A stretch of 64,000 bases of DNA from an uncultured Chlamydiae bacterium (GTDB taxonomy: Bacteria > Chlamydiota > Chlamydiia > Chlamydiales > Parachlamydiaceae). Of this stretch, positions 32,262 to 43,528 are shown in pieces. The number at the start of each line of letters is the position of its first letter. The stretch's first letter is position 1. The notes below the pieces were generated by a model. That model ran no database searches. It saw nothing but the letters and a program-made list of their open reading frames with translations, and was not told where the DNA came from. The stretch spans positions 1,984,001 through 2,048,000 of the forward strand of contig CAVWGN010000001.1 in the NCBI GenBank assembly GCA_963754655.1. Reading direction: 5' to 3'. The translations under genes were made by a program, and so were the position numbers.

Positions 32262-33950
32262 TTAATACGGAAGCTTTGTTTTAAGCAGCTGATTTAGACC
32301 CCTTTCAACTCTCTCGGCCGATAGTCTTTTTTGCGGTTCGAGCTGAAGACATTGATCAATGTAATAATCAACATGACCGGTATTCTGCCTTTCTATTAAA
32401 AGTATATTTTTTAAATTTTCTAATAATTGAGGATCCAATTCTTTTGTTGGACTATTAGATGTTTTATTCTCATAACAACTCGCTAGAATAGAATTCAAAA
32501 AATCTTTTTTATAGAAAATTTCCATTAACACACAGCCTAAACTCCATAAATCTAATGAGGAGTTGGCTTTGCAAATTTCGCCACCTAATTGCTGTTGCAT
32601 CAATTCCGGAGCTATATAACCTCGTGTACCTCTATAGGTAAGCACAGTGTCCATCTGTAAGCTCAAACCAAAATCGCAGAGTTTAACATGGAAATCAGAT
32701 GTGATTAAGAAATTTTGCGTTTTTTGGTCTAAATGACAATATCCTTTTTGATTGAGCTTCGCTATTGTTTTTACAACGTCATAGGCAATTTTTAATTTTT
32801 GTGTAAAGTCAGGCGACTTTCCATTTAAGTATTCAGCGAGATCTCCACCTTCTATGAAATCTTGCATTAATCCGATTTTGGATTCATTCTTAAACTTATC
32901 CAGATTCTTTCTAGATTCTCCCATTATCCCATCTCTAGGGCGATAATTTCCTTTATATAAAACAGACCATCCGACAACAAAATGTTCAGTGTCATTTTGA
33001 AGTTTTCTATTAATACTTATTTCATCACCCGTAACATCCTTTTCCAAAGCAGTTCTAAAAGCTTTTTTTTGACCTTCATCCAAATATAGAGCTAATTTCA
33101 ACTTATTATATTTGCCAACTCCGATCACTTTTCCCGTCACTATATACAGCCCTTTTTGAGGATCGATTGGGTTATAAATGACGTTATAGGGCAGAGGAGG
33201 GTATACGCTATTTCTATGTATAAAAAGAGGCGTAGGATCAACTTTATCAAATCCAAATTCTAATGCATGTTGCCTAGCAATTTCGCTTGCTATATCTTTG
33301 AGCTCTACACTTTTCTCGGCATAAAACTTATCTATGGTCTCAAAGTGTGTTGCTGAAATCTCAAACTCTTGCAAATTAGAAATTAAGGTAGATCTGACGT
33401 GAGGATCAAGCTTTGAAGGCGTTTGATCAGAAGCTTCCGGATTCCAAGTCATGATCAGCGCCCTTTCTACCAATTCCTCTTCTTTTTCCTCTTCTAAGCT
33501 TTTTTCTTCATTTTCTGCTATACTGTCACTGTCATACGGGTAAACTTCTCGATAAATGGTTTTAGCCTGATTTATGATATCGTCAACAATCCGATTTTTT
33601 GTTACAGAAAATTTAATCATTTCATTATCTTCATCATCTTCAAAATCTTCTCCGAGGAATTTTTTAAGCTCGTTAATTTTTATGCTGACCCTTACAAGAT
33701 GTAAAGATGAGTCTGTAAGATCTAAATGAACGACATCTCCTTCAATTTCGGCATTCTTTTTTTCCGTTGAATCTATTATTTGCATCTTTTCAATAGGAAT
33801 TTTTAATCTTTTATCCAGCCTATTTGAATCAGTACCTGATATGAACTTGATACGGCCTTTTCCCTTATGCACATCAGTATAGATTCGCCCAGGCACGAAA
33901 CCAAGCGGTAAAGAAAAAGGATTTGATTGAAATGAATTATTAACATCCAT
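32262..33950 (-). CDS. Hanks-type Ser/Thr protein kinase-like protein, candidate effector
   Basis: IGVGKY, HLDQKTQN, KLCDFG, GTRGYIAPE, DLWSLG; acidic N-terminal region. Confidence 0.88.
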   Translation of the reverse strand: MDVNNSFQSNPFSLPLGFVPGRIYTDVHKGKGRIKFISGTDSNRLDKRLKIPIEKMQIIDSTEKKNAEIEGDVVHLDLTDSSLHLVRVSIKINELKKFLGEDFEDDEDNEMIKFSVTKNRIVDDIINQAKTIYREVYPYDSDSIAENEEKSLEEEKEEELVERALIMTWNPEASDQTPSKLDPHVRSTLISNLQEFEISATHFETIDKFYAEKSVELKDIASEIARQHALEFGFDKVDPTPLFIHRNSVYPPLPYNVIYNPIDPQKGLYIVTGKVIGVGKYNKLKLALYLDEGQKKAFRTALEKDVTGDEISINRKLQNDTEHFVVGWSVLYKGNYRPRDGIMGESRKNLDKFKNESKIGLMQDFIEGGDLAEYLNGKSPDFTQKLKIAYDVVKTIAKLNQKGYCHLDQKTQNFLITSDFHVKLCDFGLSLQMDTVLTYRGTRGYIAPELMQQQLGGEICKANSSLDLWSLGCVLMEIFYKKDFLNSILASCYENKTSNSPTKELDPQLLENLKNILLIERQNTGHVDYYIDQCLQLEPQKRLSAERVERGLNQLLKTKLPY

Positions 33951-34174
33951 AAAGTCTCTTTTTAAATAAAAACTCTATAATCATTATTATAACAATTTAT
34001 TTAATATTATTAAATATTTGTTTTCATATATTAAAAATAATTTTATTTTTTAAATAACAACAATCATTTAGAAATAAAATTAACTAGCAAAAATAGAGTC
34101 TTTATAAAAAATAAAATGAACCTACAAAAGTAAAAAAACGAGTGGGTTTGCATGAGTTTTTGCGTAATTGACGT

Positions 34175-35560
34175 TCAAAATGAAGGCTGAATCATCTTAG
34201 AGGGATCAATGAATTGATTAAATTCCTCTTCGGAAAGAAGTTTCATTTGTAGACAAGCTTCTTTCAATGTAAGATTTTCATTATAAGCCTTATAGGCAAC
34301 TTTAGCTGCTTGGTCGTAGCCGATTTTGGGTGTTAAGGCTGTTACAAGCATCAATGATTGCTCAATATATTCTTTAAGCTGAGCTGCATTAGCTTGAATG
34401 CCTTTAACTAAATGATGATTAAAAGAATAACAGCTATCAGCCAATAGTGTGATAGAATTCAAGATATTGTAAGCAATCATGGGTTTAAAGACATTCAACT
34501 CAAAATTGCCTTGCGAGCCCGCCATCGTGATTGCAACATCATAAGCCATGACTTGAATCGCCACCATGGCAAGAGCTTCGCATTGGGTGGGATTGACTTT
34601 GCCTGGCATGATGGAAGAGCCGGGTTCATTAGCAGGCAGAAAAAGCTCTTGCAATCCACACCTAGGTCCCGATCCCATCCAACGCAAATCGTTCGCTATT
34701 TTCATAAGTGCTGCCGCCAATGTTTTCAGCGCTCCGCTTGCAAAAACTAATGCTTCGTGACCTGCCAAAGCAGCAAATTTATTGGAAGCAGAAATGAAGG
34801 GCAAATGCGTATATGTGCTAATTTTTTTGGCGGTCAATTCTCCAAAAAGAGGATGAGAATTCAATCCTGTTCCCACTGCTGTTCCACCAAGCGCCAATTC
34901 ATAAATTCCTGGAAGAACAACTTCGATATTGCGGATACAGATATCGATTTGGGCCACATAGCCTGAAAATTCTTGTCCTAAAGAAAGAGGAACAGCATCC
35001 ATTAAATGCGTTCGACCAATTTTAATGATTGACTCAAATTCTTTGCTTTTTAAAGCCAATGCTTCGCGCAGTTCACGAATAGTGGGTAAGAGATGATAGA
35101 CAAGCTCCTCTGCTGCTGCAATATGCATGGCAGAGGGAAAAGCATCATTAGAAGATTGGCATTTATTGACATCATCATTGGGATGAATAGGCTTTTTACT
35201 CCCCTTTTCACCACCTGCAAGTTCAATGGCACGATTTGCAATGACTTCATTGACATTCATATTGGTTTGCGTTCCGCTACCTGTTTGCCAAATACTCAAA
35301 ACAAAATGATCGTCCAGCTTGCCATGCATGACTTCATCGGCTGCTTGAATGATCAATTGTGCTTTTTTGGGATCTAAAAGATGTAAGTCGCAATTCACTT
35401 CCGCTGCCGCCTTTTTGATTAATCCCAAGGCGCGAATGATGCTTCTTGGCATGCGTTCTCGCCCAATTTTAAAATACATGAGAGAGCGAGCAGTTTGAGC
35501 TCCATAATAGCGATCTTGAGGAACTTCAATATCTCCCATACTATCTTTTTCCAAGCGCAT
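34175..35560 (-). CDS. fumC: Class II fumarate hydratase
   Basis: [34 protein letters not shown]. Confidence 0.98.
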   Translation of the reverse strand: MRLEKDSMGDIEVPQDRYYGAQTARSLMYFKIGRERMPRSIIRALGLIKKAAAEVNCDLHLLDPKKAQLIIQAADEVMHGKLDDHFVLSIWQTGSGTQTNMNVNEVIANRAIELAGGEKGSKKPIHPNDDVNKCQSSNDAFPSAMHIAAAEELVYHLLPTIRELREALALKSKEFESIIKIGRTHLMDAVPLSLGQEFSGYVAQIDICIRNIEVVLPGIYELALGGTAVGTGLNSHPLFGELTAKKISTYTHLPFISASNKFAALAGHEALVFASGALKTLAAALMKIANDLRWMGSGPRCGLQELFLPANEPGSSIMPGKVNPTQCEALAMVAIQVMAYDVAITMAGSQGNFELNVFKPMIAYNILNSITLLADSCYSFNHHLVKGIQANAAQLKEYIEQSLMLVTALTPKIGYDQAAKVAYKAYNENLTLKEACLQMKLLSEEEFNQFIDPSKMIQPSF

Positions 35561-35798
35561 TTAAACACTCCATTAACATTTTTAATCCTTATAAGATGAA
35601 GATGAAAATAAGGATATTCTTCACCTTAAGACAATCTTAATTTCATTTCCAATTGGAAACAAGAGACTTATGCTCCTATTTTCAACTAAATTTATCCTTA
35701 AATAAAAATAAAACCAATTTTTATACATTTTAAATCACATCTTTAAAATCCATACTTTTAAAATCAGTTGAAATAAAACTGATTTTATAATATTATAT

Positions 35799-36368
35799 CT
35801 GAAGTTTTACAAAATTAATTAATTCAAGTTGAGACAAGTCTTAAAGCGTTCATTATATCTGAATTTTGGCATGGTTCAATTGAAGGTCGCATGTTTATGC
35901 CGTCCTTTCAGGACTCGATGTCTTTTTGATAGAACCCAGGCCTCCGCTTCGCTGCGACCTGGGCTGTAACATGACGGCCCTTCAGGCCTTAACAAAAAGA
36001 CGATTTAGGGACTATAGAAGAGGGACTTAAACATCTCTTGTTAAGGCCTGAAGGGCCGGCCTATTACAGCCCAGTCGCAGCGAAGCGGAGGCTTGGGCTG
36101 TAACATGACGGCCCTTCAGGCCTTAACAAGAGATGTTTAAGTCCCTCTTCTATAGTCCCTAAATCGTCTTTTTGTTAAGGCCTGAAGGGCCGTCATGTTA
36201 CAGCCCAGGTCGCAGCGAAGCGGAGGCCTGGGTTCTATCAAAAAGACATCGAGTCCTGAAAGGACGGCATAAACATGCGACCTTCAATTGAACCATGCCA
36301 AAATTCAGATATAATGAACGCTTTAAGACTTGTCTCAACTTGAATTAATTAATTTTGTAAAACTTCAG
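35799..36368. repeat. 570-bp palindrome (260-bp arms, 50-bp centre) built of REP-like hairpins
   Basis: 35799-36058 is the reverse complement of 36109-36368. Internal motifs CGTCCTTTCAGGAC, CCCAGGCCTCCGCTTCGCTGCGACCTGGG and CGGCCCTTCAGGCC. Confidence 0.92.
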
Positions 36369-36405
36369 TTATATCTAAATTAATTATAAATAATGGAGAA
36401 GTATC

Positions 36406-37704
36406 ATGATTCAAATTCCTTTAAGTCCAGGTAGATTTCAACAATGGAGTGATGTCCCTGTATCAACTAAAGAAGAATTTTCGGGTGAAGAGGCGACACT
36501 AAAATTTTCAGCAGATTCATCTTTATCAGAGAAAGTGCAACGGGTTTTTAATGGGATGATGTTTTTTATAGTCGGAGCAAAACTTTTAAGCTTTATTCCA
36601 CCCATTGCCTCGTTAGGATCTACGCTTAGTGGAATGGGGTTTGCTGCTATTAGCGGTACGGCTCTTTTAAAAATTCCTGCTGTAGCAACGATCATGGCAC
36701 TTGCACCTCAGATGATTGTCACGCTTGCCCTCATCGTAGTCATCAGAAAAGTATTAGCAGTTGCCATTTGTCACATTATTTATCCAGCTGTGATCATGTC
36801 TTATGATAAAGAATCTAATTTTAGAAAAGTCTTAGGTAATTTTGTATTCATCCCTCATGATAAGCAATCTATTGACCAGGATCGTTCGGACATGTTTGAT
36901 GATCTGAATGATGAAAAATTTGAATGTCGCCGCATGACTCTAAATAAGTCAGGGATTGATTATGATGCCTTTGTCTTTGAACACGAAACGACTAAAGGAA
37001 ATGGCCACTGGGTGGTTGTTGCTGGAGGAAATGGATGGATTGGTGAATCTGCTGCACCAACAATTGCCAACGCCTTTAAACAATTAGGCTTAAACATCCT
37101 TTTCGTGAATGGCCCTGGAGTTGGGCGCAGCTCAGGACTTCCAACTAGTTATAGCATTCAAGCCGGACAAGAAGCAGGGCTTCAATTTTTGGAAAAAGTA
37201 GTGGAAGCTGAAAAAATCCTGATCTACGGCGCTTCTTTAGGTGGAGGGGCTCAAGCTGAGGTTATTAGAAGGCATGAATTTAAAACAGACATCGACTACA
37301 TGGTTTGGAGTGATCGCTCTTTTGATAAACTTTCAAATGCAGCCAGCAGCATGGTGACAATTTTAGCTAAGCCTGTCTTCTTTCTTTTGGGCATTGAATT
37401 AGATGGAGTAGCAGGAGCTAGAAAGCTGCAGGAATTAGGGATTATTCATATTGTGACTCAAAATAGCAACATCCTTAAAAGCAATGGCATTTTGCCTTTA
37501 GATCAAGACTTTGATGATCAGGAAAATGATGGGGTCATTCCAAATAAAGCTTCTCTCTATGTAGGATTAAAAAAAGCAGGTTTTCAAGATTCAGATCGCT
37601 TGAAATGTTACGGAGGCCCTCATATGCGACATAATGGCAGATTGCGTCAAGACATTGAGGATTTTGTCAATGCCGATATTAAAGCCTTTGTTGCAAAAGC
37701 CTAA
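36406..37704 (+). CDS. Membrane-anchored alpha/beta-hydrolase, chlamydial CPn0927/CPn0928 (CHLPS 43 kDa)-like
   Basis: N-terminal hydrophobic block; NGPGVGRSSG, YGASLGG nucleophile elbow, DRSF, DGVIP, C-terminal His. Confidence 0.8.
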   Translation: MIQIPLSPGRFQQWSDVPVSTKEEFSGEEATLKFSADSSLSEKVQRVFNGMMFFIVGAKLLSFIPPIASLGSTLSGMGFAAISGTALLKIPAVATIMALAPQMIVTLALIVVIRKVLAVAICHIIYPAVIMSYDKESNFRKVLGNFVFIPHDKQSIDQDRSDMFDDLNDEKFECRRMTLNKSGIDYDAFVFEHETTKGNGHWVVVAGGNGWIGESAAPTIANAFKQLGLNILFVNGPGVGRSSGLPTSYSIQAGQEAGLQFLEKVVEAEKILIYGASLGGGAQAEVIRRHEFKTDIDYMVWSDRSFDKLSNAASSMVTILAKPVFFLLGIELDGVAGARKLQELGIIHIVTQNSNILKSNGILPLDQDFDDQENDGVIPNKASLYVGLKKAGFQDSDRLKCYGGPHMRHNGRLRQDIEDFVNADIKAFVAKA

Positions 37705-37778
37705 AAACCTAAGATTTACGTGTGTGCAACTGTAACAGATTACTAAGTGAACCGCTAAGATTGTAAAGCAGCGAAACA

Positions 37779-39284
37779 TCAATCTCTTATATCTAATAAA
37801 GGAAATGTTTTTTGAATAAAGTCCAAAGTTTTTAAAGAAAAATGACATCCTTGCACATGAAGAGAAGCTAAAGTAGAACGCAGTTTAACCAATTGCAAAA
37901 GTCCATAATCAGTCAGACCTTCACATCTCACTAATTTAAGGCTAACGAGCTGTGGAAGATGCAAGCCTATTATAATTAAGGCTTGATCTGTAAACTGATC
38001 ACAATCATTGACATTCAAGTCTTGAAGATAAGGACATAATATGACAAGATCTGCAATGCCTTTATCATCTATTTTGCGGCAACTCTCAATGCTTAAATCT
38101 GATAATAAGGGGCATCCTCGCCCAATGATTTTGAGATCTTCATTTGTGAGTTGAATGCAATAATCTAATTTTAATGTTTTCAACCACTTAAAACGATAGA
38201 GTTCTCCCCAGGCCAAGTAGTTCAAATGCCTATTATTCGCTAACTCAAGTTTTTTGAGAGAAGGACATTGAGCAGCTGCTTGGCGTAAATGATCAGGGAG
38301 AAGCCAACCACAAGAAGACAAAGCAAGATCAAGCAGATGAGGAGGCAAAAAGGCAAACTGATTAGCATAACCAACAGATTCGCTGATGTCTACTCCGATC
38401 AAGTCAGGACAGCCGTGGATAATGGCTAAGTAATGGAAACCCTCGCTTAAACTTCCTCTGAAAGCCACGTGAGTGATCCAAGGAGCAAATAGTTGAAATA
38501 ATTCTAAATTTTCTGGTTGGAAATTGAGAATTTCAATTTTTAAATCAGCAGGGTCTCCCCACAACAACTTCAATCCCCCTCTTTGCTGATTGAAGAAGTC
38601 ATAAGCCACCTTCTTCCATTCTTCAAAACCTTGCTGATGAGCGTTTAAAATGATTTCCACAACATGTTGTTCATCAATGTAGCGACGCAAAAAAGAGGCA
38701 CACTCTTGCACAAGTCCTTGCAATTCCCAAGCTTTTGCTTGAGTCATCAAAGCAAGAATCTCTTCATATTCATATTTCCATAATTCAGGGCTTTTTCCCT
38801 CGGCAAGAAAGATGTCAATGAGCTGAAAAGTTGACAGTTTGACATGATGAAGAATCCATTCATCATTCAATTTTTCGAAACATTCTCGTTTAAAAATGTT
38901 GCCCAATATAGGACTGCCCACGCCAAATAACAAACTGTTGACCAGGACATCTTGATGTTCTACTCGAATTCTAACAGTAAAAAATAAGGCTGCTCGAAAA
39001 AAAAGAAAAGGTCTTAACAAAGAATAGTGATGCTGAATTTTTGCAACTAAGCGGCGTGCATAATAAAGAGATAAATTTCCCAAATAAAATTGTTTAGTGG
39101 CCCACCGCAAGACGAGGCGCATGAATTTGGAATGCTGCAAAACCCATCTTTCATCTTCACAAGCCGATTCAAAAAAGAGAAAAAGGTCCTCAATTTTAGA
39201 GATCAATGCTTGAAAAAGCTCACTATCTGTTGCACACTCTTCATAAGAAGTCAAATGGCTAGGAAGTAAAAAGGGACCTTGCAT
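37779..39284 (-). CDS. BTB/BACK-like + Cys-containing LRR protein
   Basis: VLVNSLLFGVGSPILGNIF...QAKAWELQGLVQECASFL; CPxLxxLxIxxCxxIxDxG LRRs. Confidence 0.75.
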   Translation of the reverse strand: MQGPFLLPSHLTSYEECATDSELFQALISKIEDLFLFFESACEDERWVLQHSKFMRLVLRWATKQFYLGNLSLYYARRLVAKIQHHYSLLRPFLFFRAALFFTVRIRVEHQDVLVNSLLFGVGSPILGNIFKRECFEKLNDEWILHHVKLSTFQLIDIFLAEGKSPELWKYEYEEILALMTQAKAWELQGLVQECASFLRRYIDEQHVVEIILNAHQQGFEEWKKVAYDFFNQQRGGLKLLWGDPADLKIEILNFQPENLELFQLFAPWITHVAFRGSLSEGFHYLAIIHGCPDLIGVDISESVGYANQFAFLPPHLLDLALSSCGWLLPDHLRQAAAQCPSLKKLELANNRHLNYLAWGELYRFKWLKTLKLDYCIQLTNEDLKIIGRGCPLLSDLSIESCRKIDDKGIADLVILCPYLQDLNVNDCDQFTDQALIIIGLHLPQLVSLKLVRCEGLTDYGLLQLVKLRSTLASLHVQGCHFSLKTLDFIQKTFPLLDIRD

Positions 39285-39286
39285 AT

Positions 39287-40435
39287 TTAAAACATATCAT
39301 ATTCTAGTAAACGAGAATCCAATCCTCCATTATTTAATACATAACGTCTTTTTGCTGCTAGTCCGATCTCTTTGCTCAATTCAAGGTTGCTTGTAAAAAC
39401 AAAGCCTTTTCCTGGTTTTGCGCACCGGTTTTTTATAAAATCGCCAAGCGCTCGATAAAGAGGACGCAGCTGATCCTCTTCGTCTAAACGACGGCCATGA
39501 GGAGGATTGGTTAAAATAAAATCGGGTAAAACAGAGGGAGAAAAGTCCCTAAAATCTGCTTGCTGAATGTCAATTTGCTGATGGAAGCCTGCGGCTTTCA
39601 AATTAATTTTAGCAGCACGCACCGCTGCTTGGCTACGATCTGCTCCAAAAATATGTTGCGAAGCCAAGGGAATGCGCTTCTCATCAATTTGATTGCGCAC
39701 TTTTAACCATTCAGCAGAATGATAATGAGGATGGCGCATAAATCCCCATTGTGTCCGTAAATAGCCTGGAGGAGTATGCGTTGCGATCAAAGCAGCTTCA
39801 ATGAGAAAAGTTGCCGATCCGCAACAAGGATCAAGAAAAATGCAATCTTTTTGATAATGAGCCAAGCGCAGGATAGCCGCAGCTAATGTCTCTTGGATAG
39901 GAGCCTCTACAGTCTCTTGACGATAGCCCCTTTTGTGTAATGGCTCTCCCGAAGTATCAAAACTAATGATGGCATTTTGTTGCTGAATGAAAAGATTAAT
40001 CTGAAGGTCAGGATGCTGCACTTGAACTGTGGGACGCCTTCCTGTTCGCTGGCGCATTTGATCACAAATGGCATCTTTAACAACCTGGGCTGCAAACAAG
40101 CTATTGCGCAATTCACGATGATGGACATTGGCATCTATGGCAAATGTCCAACCCTCTTTCAAATATTGAGGCCAATCAATTTCCATTGCATGGCGATAAA
40201 GAGAACGGCGATCAAAACAACGAAAACGTGAAATGGGGAGCAGGACGCGGCTAGCTAATCGGGAGGCATAGTTAATACGATAAATGGTTGCCCAATTCCA
40301 ATTGTCGATAAACACTCCGCGATATCCAATATGCAAAGAAGAAGAAGGTAAATCCAGTTCTTGGAGTTCTTCGATTAAAAGCGGTTCAAGAGCTGGCGCA
40401 CAGCTAACAAATAAATGTTGATTTTCAACGCTCAA
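39287..40435 (-). CDS. THUMP-domain SAM-dependent RNA methyltransferase (RlmL/YpsC-like)
   Basis: DTSGEPLHKRGYR, APIQETLAAA, DPCCGSATFLIEA, NPPHG. Confidence 0.9.
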   Translation of the reverse strand: MSVENQHLFVSCAPALEPLLIEELQELDLPSSSLHIGYRGVFIDNWNWATIYRINYASRLASRVLLPISRFRCFDRRSLYRHAMEIDWPQYLKEGWTFAIDANVHHRELRNSLFAAQVVKDAICDQMRQRTGRRPTVQVQHPDLQINLFIQQQNAIISFDTSGEPLHKRGYRQETVEAPIQETLAAAILRLAHYQKDCIFLDPCCGSATFLIEAALIATHTPPGYLRTQWGFMRHPHYHSAEWLKVRNQIDEKRIPLASQHIFGADRSQAAVRAAKINLKAAGFHQQIDIQQADFRDFSPSVLPDFILTNPPHGRRLDEEDQLRPLYRALGDFIKNRCAKPGKGFVFTSNLELSKEIGLAAKRRYVLNNGGLDSRLLEYDMF

Positions 40436-40644
40436 AGAGACTCCTTTAGGTTCGAAACTGCAAAGATAAAGAAAACACAGTGAAGAAAAAGAGAATCGCT
40501 TGAAAAGTAAATTTCTAAACTTTTTTCAAGAGACAGCTTTTCTATATGCTTCATCATTCTGTGATTTATTTTAGGAAGTGTTCTTCGGTTGAGAACTCAC
40601 CCTAGTCACTAACCTTAATTGATTTTTTATGATATTTTTTTATT

Positions 40645-41742
40645 TTAATGATGCATGAAGAGGATGACATCCCCATCTTTTACAATATAATCTCTTCCCT
40701 CGGCTCGAACCTTGCCCTCTTCACGAGCTTTTCCTCGCCCTTTATAAGTCATCATATCTTCAAACGTTACAACTTCAGCACGAATAAATCCTTTTTGGAT
40801 ATCGGTATGAATTTTACCAGCAGCCTCAGCAGCTGGTGTTCCCACTTGAATAGTCCATGCCCGCGTTTCAATTTCGCCTGTCGTAAGATAAGTAATTAAT
40901 CCCAGCATCGAAAAAGAAGCTTTAATTAAACGCTCTAAACCTGACTCCTGTAAACCCAAACTTTCGAGAAAGCTTTTGCGTTCATCCAGAGGTAATTGCG
41001 CGATTTCTTCTTCAAGCTTGGCACAAATCGGAATGACGGAATTTCCTTCTGCTTGAGCATAAGCCTTGACTTGTCGGACGAATTCATTATCCATTTCGGG
41101 CAAATCATCTTCTGAGACATTGGCTACATACAGGACTTTTTTAGCAGAAAGGAAAGGATAAGGCTTTAAACATTCTTGCTCTTCAAGCGTCAATTCTAAG
41201 GAACGCATCGGCTGATTTTCATTTAAATGCGCCTGAGCGCGTTTCAAACATTCAACCGTTACTGCAAGTTCTTTTTTCGTTTTGGCTTGTTTTTCTAGGC
41301 GTCCCAAAACATTTTCCACCATTTGCAGATCTGCCAAGCGCAACTCAAGATTAATAATTTCAATATCTTGAATAGGATCCACCTTCCCTGCTACATGCAC
41401 AATATCTGAAGACTCAAAGCAGCGCACAACATGCACAATGGCATCTGTCTCGCGAATATTCGCCAAGAACTTATTGCCTAACCCTTCTCCTTGAGAGGCT
41501 CCGGCTACTAAACCGGCAATATCGACGAATTGCATACTAGCGTAAACAATCTTTTTGCTATTGGAAAGAACCGACAACTTTTCTAAACGGGGATCATAGA
41601 CATCGACAACTCCAATATTGGGATCAATCGTACAAAAAGGATAATTAGAAGCAGCTGCTTGGTTAGAAGTCAAAGCATTAAAAAGAGTCGATTTTCCCAC
41701 ATTGGGTAAGCCGACAATTCCAACAGAAAGACCAGTGGCCAT
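40645..41742 (-). CDS. ychF: Obg-family ATPase YchF
   Basis: [43 protein letters not shown]. Confidence 0.98.
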   Translation of the reverse strand: MATGLSVGIVGLPNVGKSTLFNALTSNQAAASNYPFCTIDPNIGVVDVYDPRLEKLSVLSNSKKIVYASMQFVDIAGLVAGASQGEGLGNKFLANIRETDAIVHVVRCFESSDIVHVAGKVDPIQDIEIINLELRLADLQMVENVLGRLEKQAKTKKELAVTVECLKRAQAHLNENQPMRSLELTLEEQECLKPYPFLSAKKVLYVANVSEDDLPEMDNEFVRQVKAYAQAEGNSVIPICAKLEEEIAQLPLDERKSFLESLGLQESGLERLIKASFSMLGLITYLTTGEIETRAWTIQVGTPAAEAAGKIHTDIQKGFIRAEVVTFEDMMTYKGRGKAREEGKVRAEGRDYIVKDGDVILFMHH

Positions 41743-42095
41743 AAATAAGAATTCCTTACAAAATTTAAATTGATGAATGAGAAAGCAGTTTATCAGAAAA
41801 CCAGAAGAAGGTGCAATTAAAAGTATAGTCTAACAAAGAATAAAAGAAAAAAAAGACATTAAGAATAGAAGAAACGAGAGGTGAGGCCTCTTTTTAGTCT
41901 TTTTTTTCCTTTATGTCATTGACCAACCTACACTTTTAATAGCACTTTGTTCTACTAGAATGAGAACGAAAACTCTCATTCACCTTAATAACATCCGATT
42001 AATTTATTGAATTATAATTTGGACAAATATACTATAACATATAATAAAATTAAATATTTAAATAATATTAAAACAAATAATTTAATTAAAGGATC

Positions 42096-43469
42096 ATGAT
42101 GCAAACTACGTCCTTGCATTTACACACAATACAAAACACTTCAAATGAAGCCTTCTTAGATACACTTCCTCATGAGGTATTAGGAATTATTTTTGATCAG
42201 ATTCTCAATCAAAGAAGCCAGCCTTTACATGATATTTATTCTATTTTACTTACCTGTAAAAACTGGAAAAGCGTTCTTGAGAAGAATCCTTGTCTCTCAT
42301 TAATGCAGACTTTGTTTCAACTCAAAGGCAGTCAACCATCCACTATTACGTTTCCCCAAGAATGTATCATAACGGATGAGCAACAGCAGCATTTTACCTC
42401 TCAGGAATTTAAACTTATTGATCAAGCAAGAAGTGCCCAAAGCTTTAACAAATTGTTAATGGTGGATTCAAAATTATTTCACCCGAAAAGTTTATTTCTT
42501 TCTCTTTTGGATCGCTATCCATGGACACCTGAATTTTGTAAAAAGAGCGCCAATCCAAACATCCGGCGTATAGCTGAAAAACAATTGTCTATTTTAAAAT
42601 CTCTTATATCAGGCACTGATGAACAAAGATTCGCTGTTATCAAAAATGACTCTATCAAAAAACTTTACTGTGTCAATCACGCTGTAGCATGGGAGAAGGC
42701 AGAAAGATCTGTCATCTCCATACTTAAAAAATTTCCCAATTTTAACGATAAAAAAATCTTTATTCAAGTTGCTCGCCATTTTGGATGTTCGGTTTTTAAT
42801 ATACATGAAAGGCTTAAAAAAGATCGAGAGATTGTCTTAACGGCCGTTCAGCAAGATGGCAATGCTCTTCAATATGCAGATGAAAGCCTTACAAAAGATC
42901 GAGAGATTGTCTTAACGGCCGTTCAGCAAGATGGCAATGCTCTTCAATATGCAGATGAAAGCCTTACAAAAGATCGAGAGATTGTCTTGGCTGCCCTTCA
43001 GCAACACGGCGGTGCTCTTCGATATGCAGATGAAAGCCTTAAAAAAGATCGAGAAGTTGTCTTGGCTGCCATTCAGAAAAATGGCATGGCTCTTCAATAT
43101 GCAGATAAAAGCCTTAAAAAAAATCGAGAGATCGTTTTGGCTGCCGTTCAGGAATATGGCAATGCTCTTAAATATGCAGATAAAAGCCTTAAAACAGATA
43201 GAGAGATTGTCTTGACTGCCGTTAAGGGATATGGCTATGCTCTTCAACTTGCAGATGAAAACCTTAAAAAAGATCGAGAGATTGTCTTGACAGCCCTTCA
43301 GCAAGATGGTAGGGCTCTTGAATATGCAGATGAAAGCCTTAAAAAAAATCGAGAGATTGTCTTGGCTGCCATTCAGCAAGATGGCCGCGCTTTTCGATAT
43401 GCAGATGAAACCCTTAAAAAAGATGAAGAGATTATGTTGGCTGCCATTCAGCAAAATCACTTTGTATAG
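42096..43469 (+). CDS. F-box-like / DUF4116-like repeat protein (about 8 repeats)
   Basis: LPHEVLGIIFDQ...LLTCKNWK plus repeats. Confidence 0.85.
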   Translation: MMQTTSLHLHTIQNTSNEAFLDTLPHEVLGIIFDQILNQRSQPLHDIYSILLTCKNWKSVLEKNPCLSLMQTLFQLKGSQPSTITFPQECIITDEQQQHFTSQEFKLIDQARSAQSFNKLLMVDSKLFHPKSLFLSLLDRYPWTPEFCKKSANPNIRRIAEKQLSILKSLISGTDEQRFAVIKNDSIKKLYCVNHAVAWEKAERSVISILKKFPNFNDKKIFIQVARHFGCSVFNIHERLKKDREIVLTAVQQDGNALQYADESLTKDREIVLTAVQQDGNALQYADESLTKDREIVLAALQQHGGALRYADESLKKDREVVLAAIQKNGMALQYADKSLKKNREIVLAAVQEYGNALKYADKSLKTDREIVLTAVKGYGYALQLADENLKKDREIVLTALQQDGRALEYADESLKKNREIVLAAIQQDGRAFRYADETLKKDEEIMLAAIQQNHFV

Positions 43470-43528
43470 TCTTAAAAAATCATGTCAATGCGGTAAAAGA
43501 AGCGACTAAAAAATTAATTAAAAGGATC

